A stretch of DNA of 64,000 bases from Balanoglossus misakiensis (taxonomy: Eukaryota; Animalia; Hemichordata): NCBI GenBank assembly GCA_040954595.2, contig CM082576.2, forward strand, positions 544,648-608,647. Direction: 5' to 3'. Shown here one piece after another: positions 63,701 to 64,000 of the stretch (position 1 is its first letter; each line of letters begins with the position of its first letter). Both the position numbers and the translations under genes were made by a program. The notes under the pieces were generated by a model. That model saw nothing but the letters and a program-made list of their open reading frames with translations. It did no database searches and was not told the origin of the DNA.

Positions 63701-64000
63701 CTCAAAATCTCAAAGATAATCATGCAGAGGTAATAATAGGTGACTAAAGAGAATTTTTGTTATAAGCACATATTAATCAGGGCTCTGTTTATCATATCAG
63801 TTACATAAAAATAGTAATAAATGACATGTCAAAAAGCGTTTTGATGCAAAGGAATACAAGGTTAAAATTCACAACGGAGACAATATCGCTTTTTTCTCTC
63901 TCTCTACAAGATCACTGCATGCTATCACACCATGATTGCTATACTCTCAAGATGACTACTAACTGTAAATGATAGCTTGATACACCTTCTTTTCAACTCA

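Noticed and set aside
1-64000. CRISPR arrays, tRNA/rRNA genes, operon-type systems, second homeobox gene (nkx2.2/msxlx)
   Set aside because: No repeat-spacer array, cloverleaf with T-loop consensus, rRNA sequence or second homeobox was seen. The window is intron-containing animal DNA.

Overview
This is eukaryotic genomic DNA from an invertebrate deuterostome, most likely a hemichordate or other ambulacrarian (inferred from protein sequence and gene order). It holds two convergent host genes. The first is a complete two-exon NK2.1/Nkx2.1 homeobox gene on the + strand (CDS 15136-15520 + 16528-17279, about 378 aa). The second is represented by the last two coding exons of a probable XRN2 5'-3' exoribonuclease gene on the - strand (56850-56631, 51294-51232), whose reading frames the ORF track misses. 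About 30 kb of CpG-rich, apparently non-coding DNA lies between them, and CpG drops sharply from about 48.7 kb onward. At 1863-5508 sits a young, internally deleted Gypsy-type LTR retrotransposon with two LTRs, an ATAT target duplication, PBS and PPT. Its gag start is interrupted by an 883-bp foldback element with ~250-bp TIRs and a 7-bp TSD. The most unusual item is a run of three contiguous hairpins directly behind the XRN2 UGA stop, one of them loosely SECIS-like, with a second in-frame UGA. Almost all other ORFs in the track look spurious. All homology calls are from recalled sequence knowledge, not from database searches.
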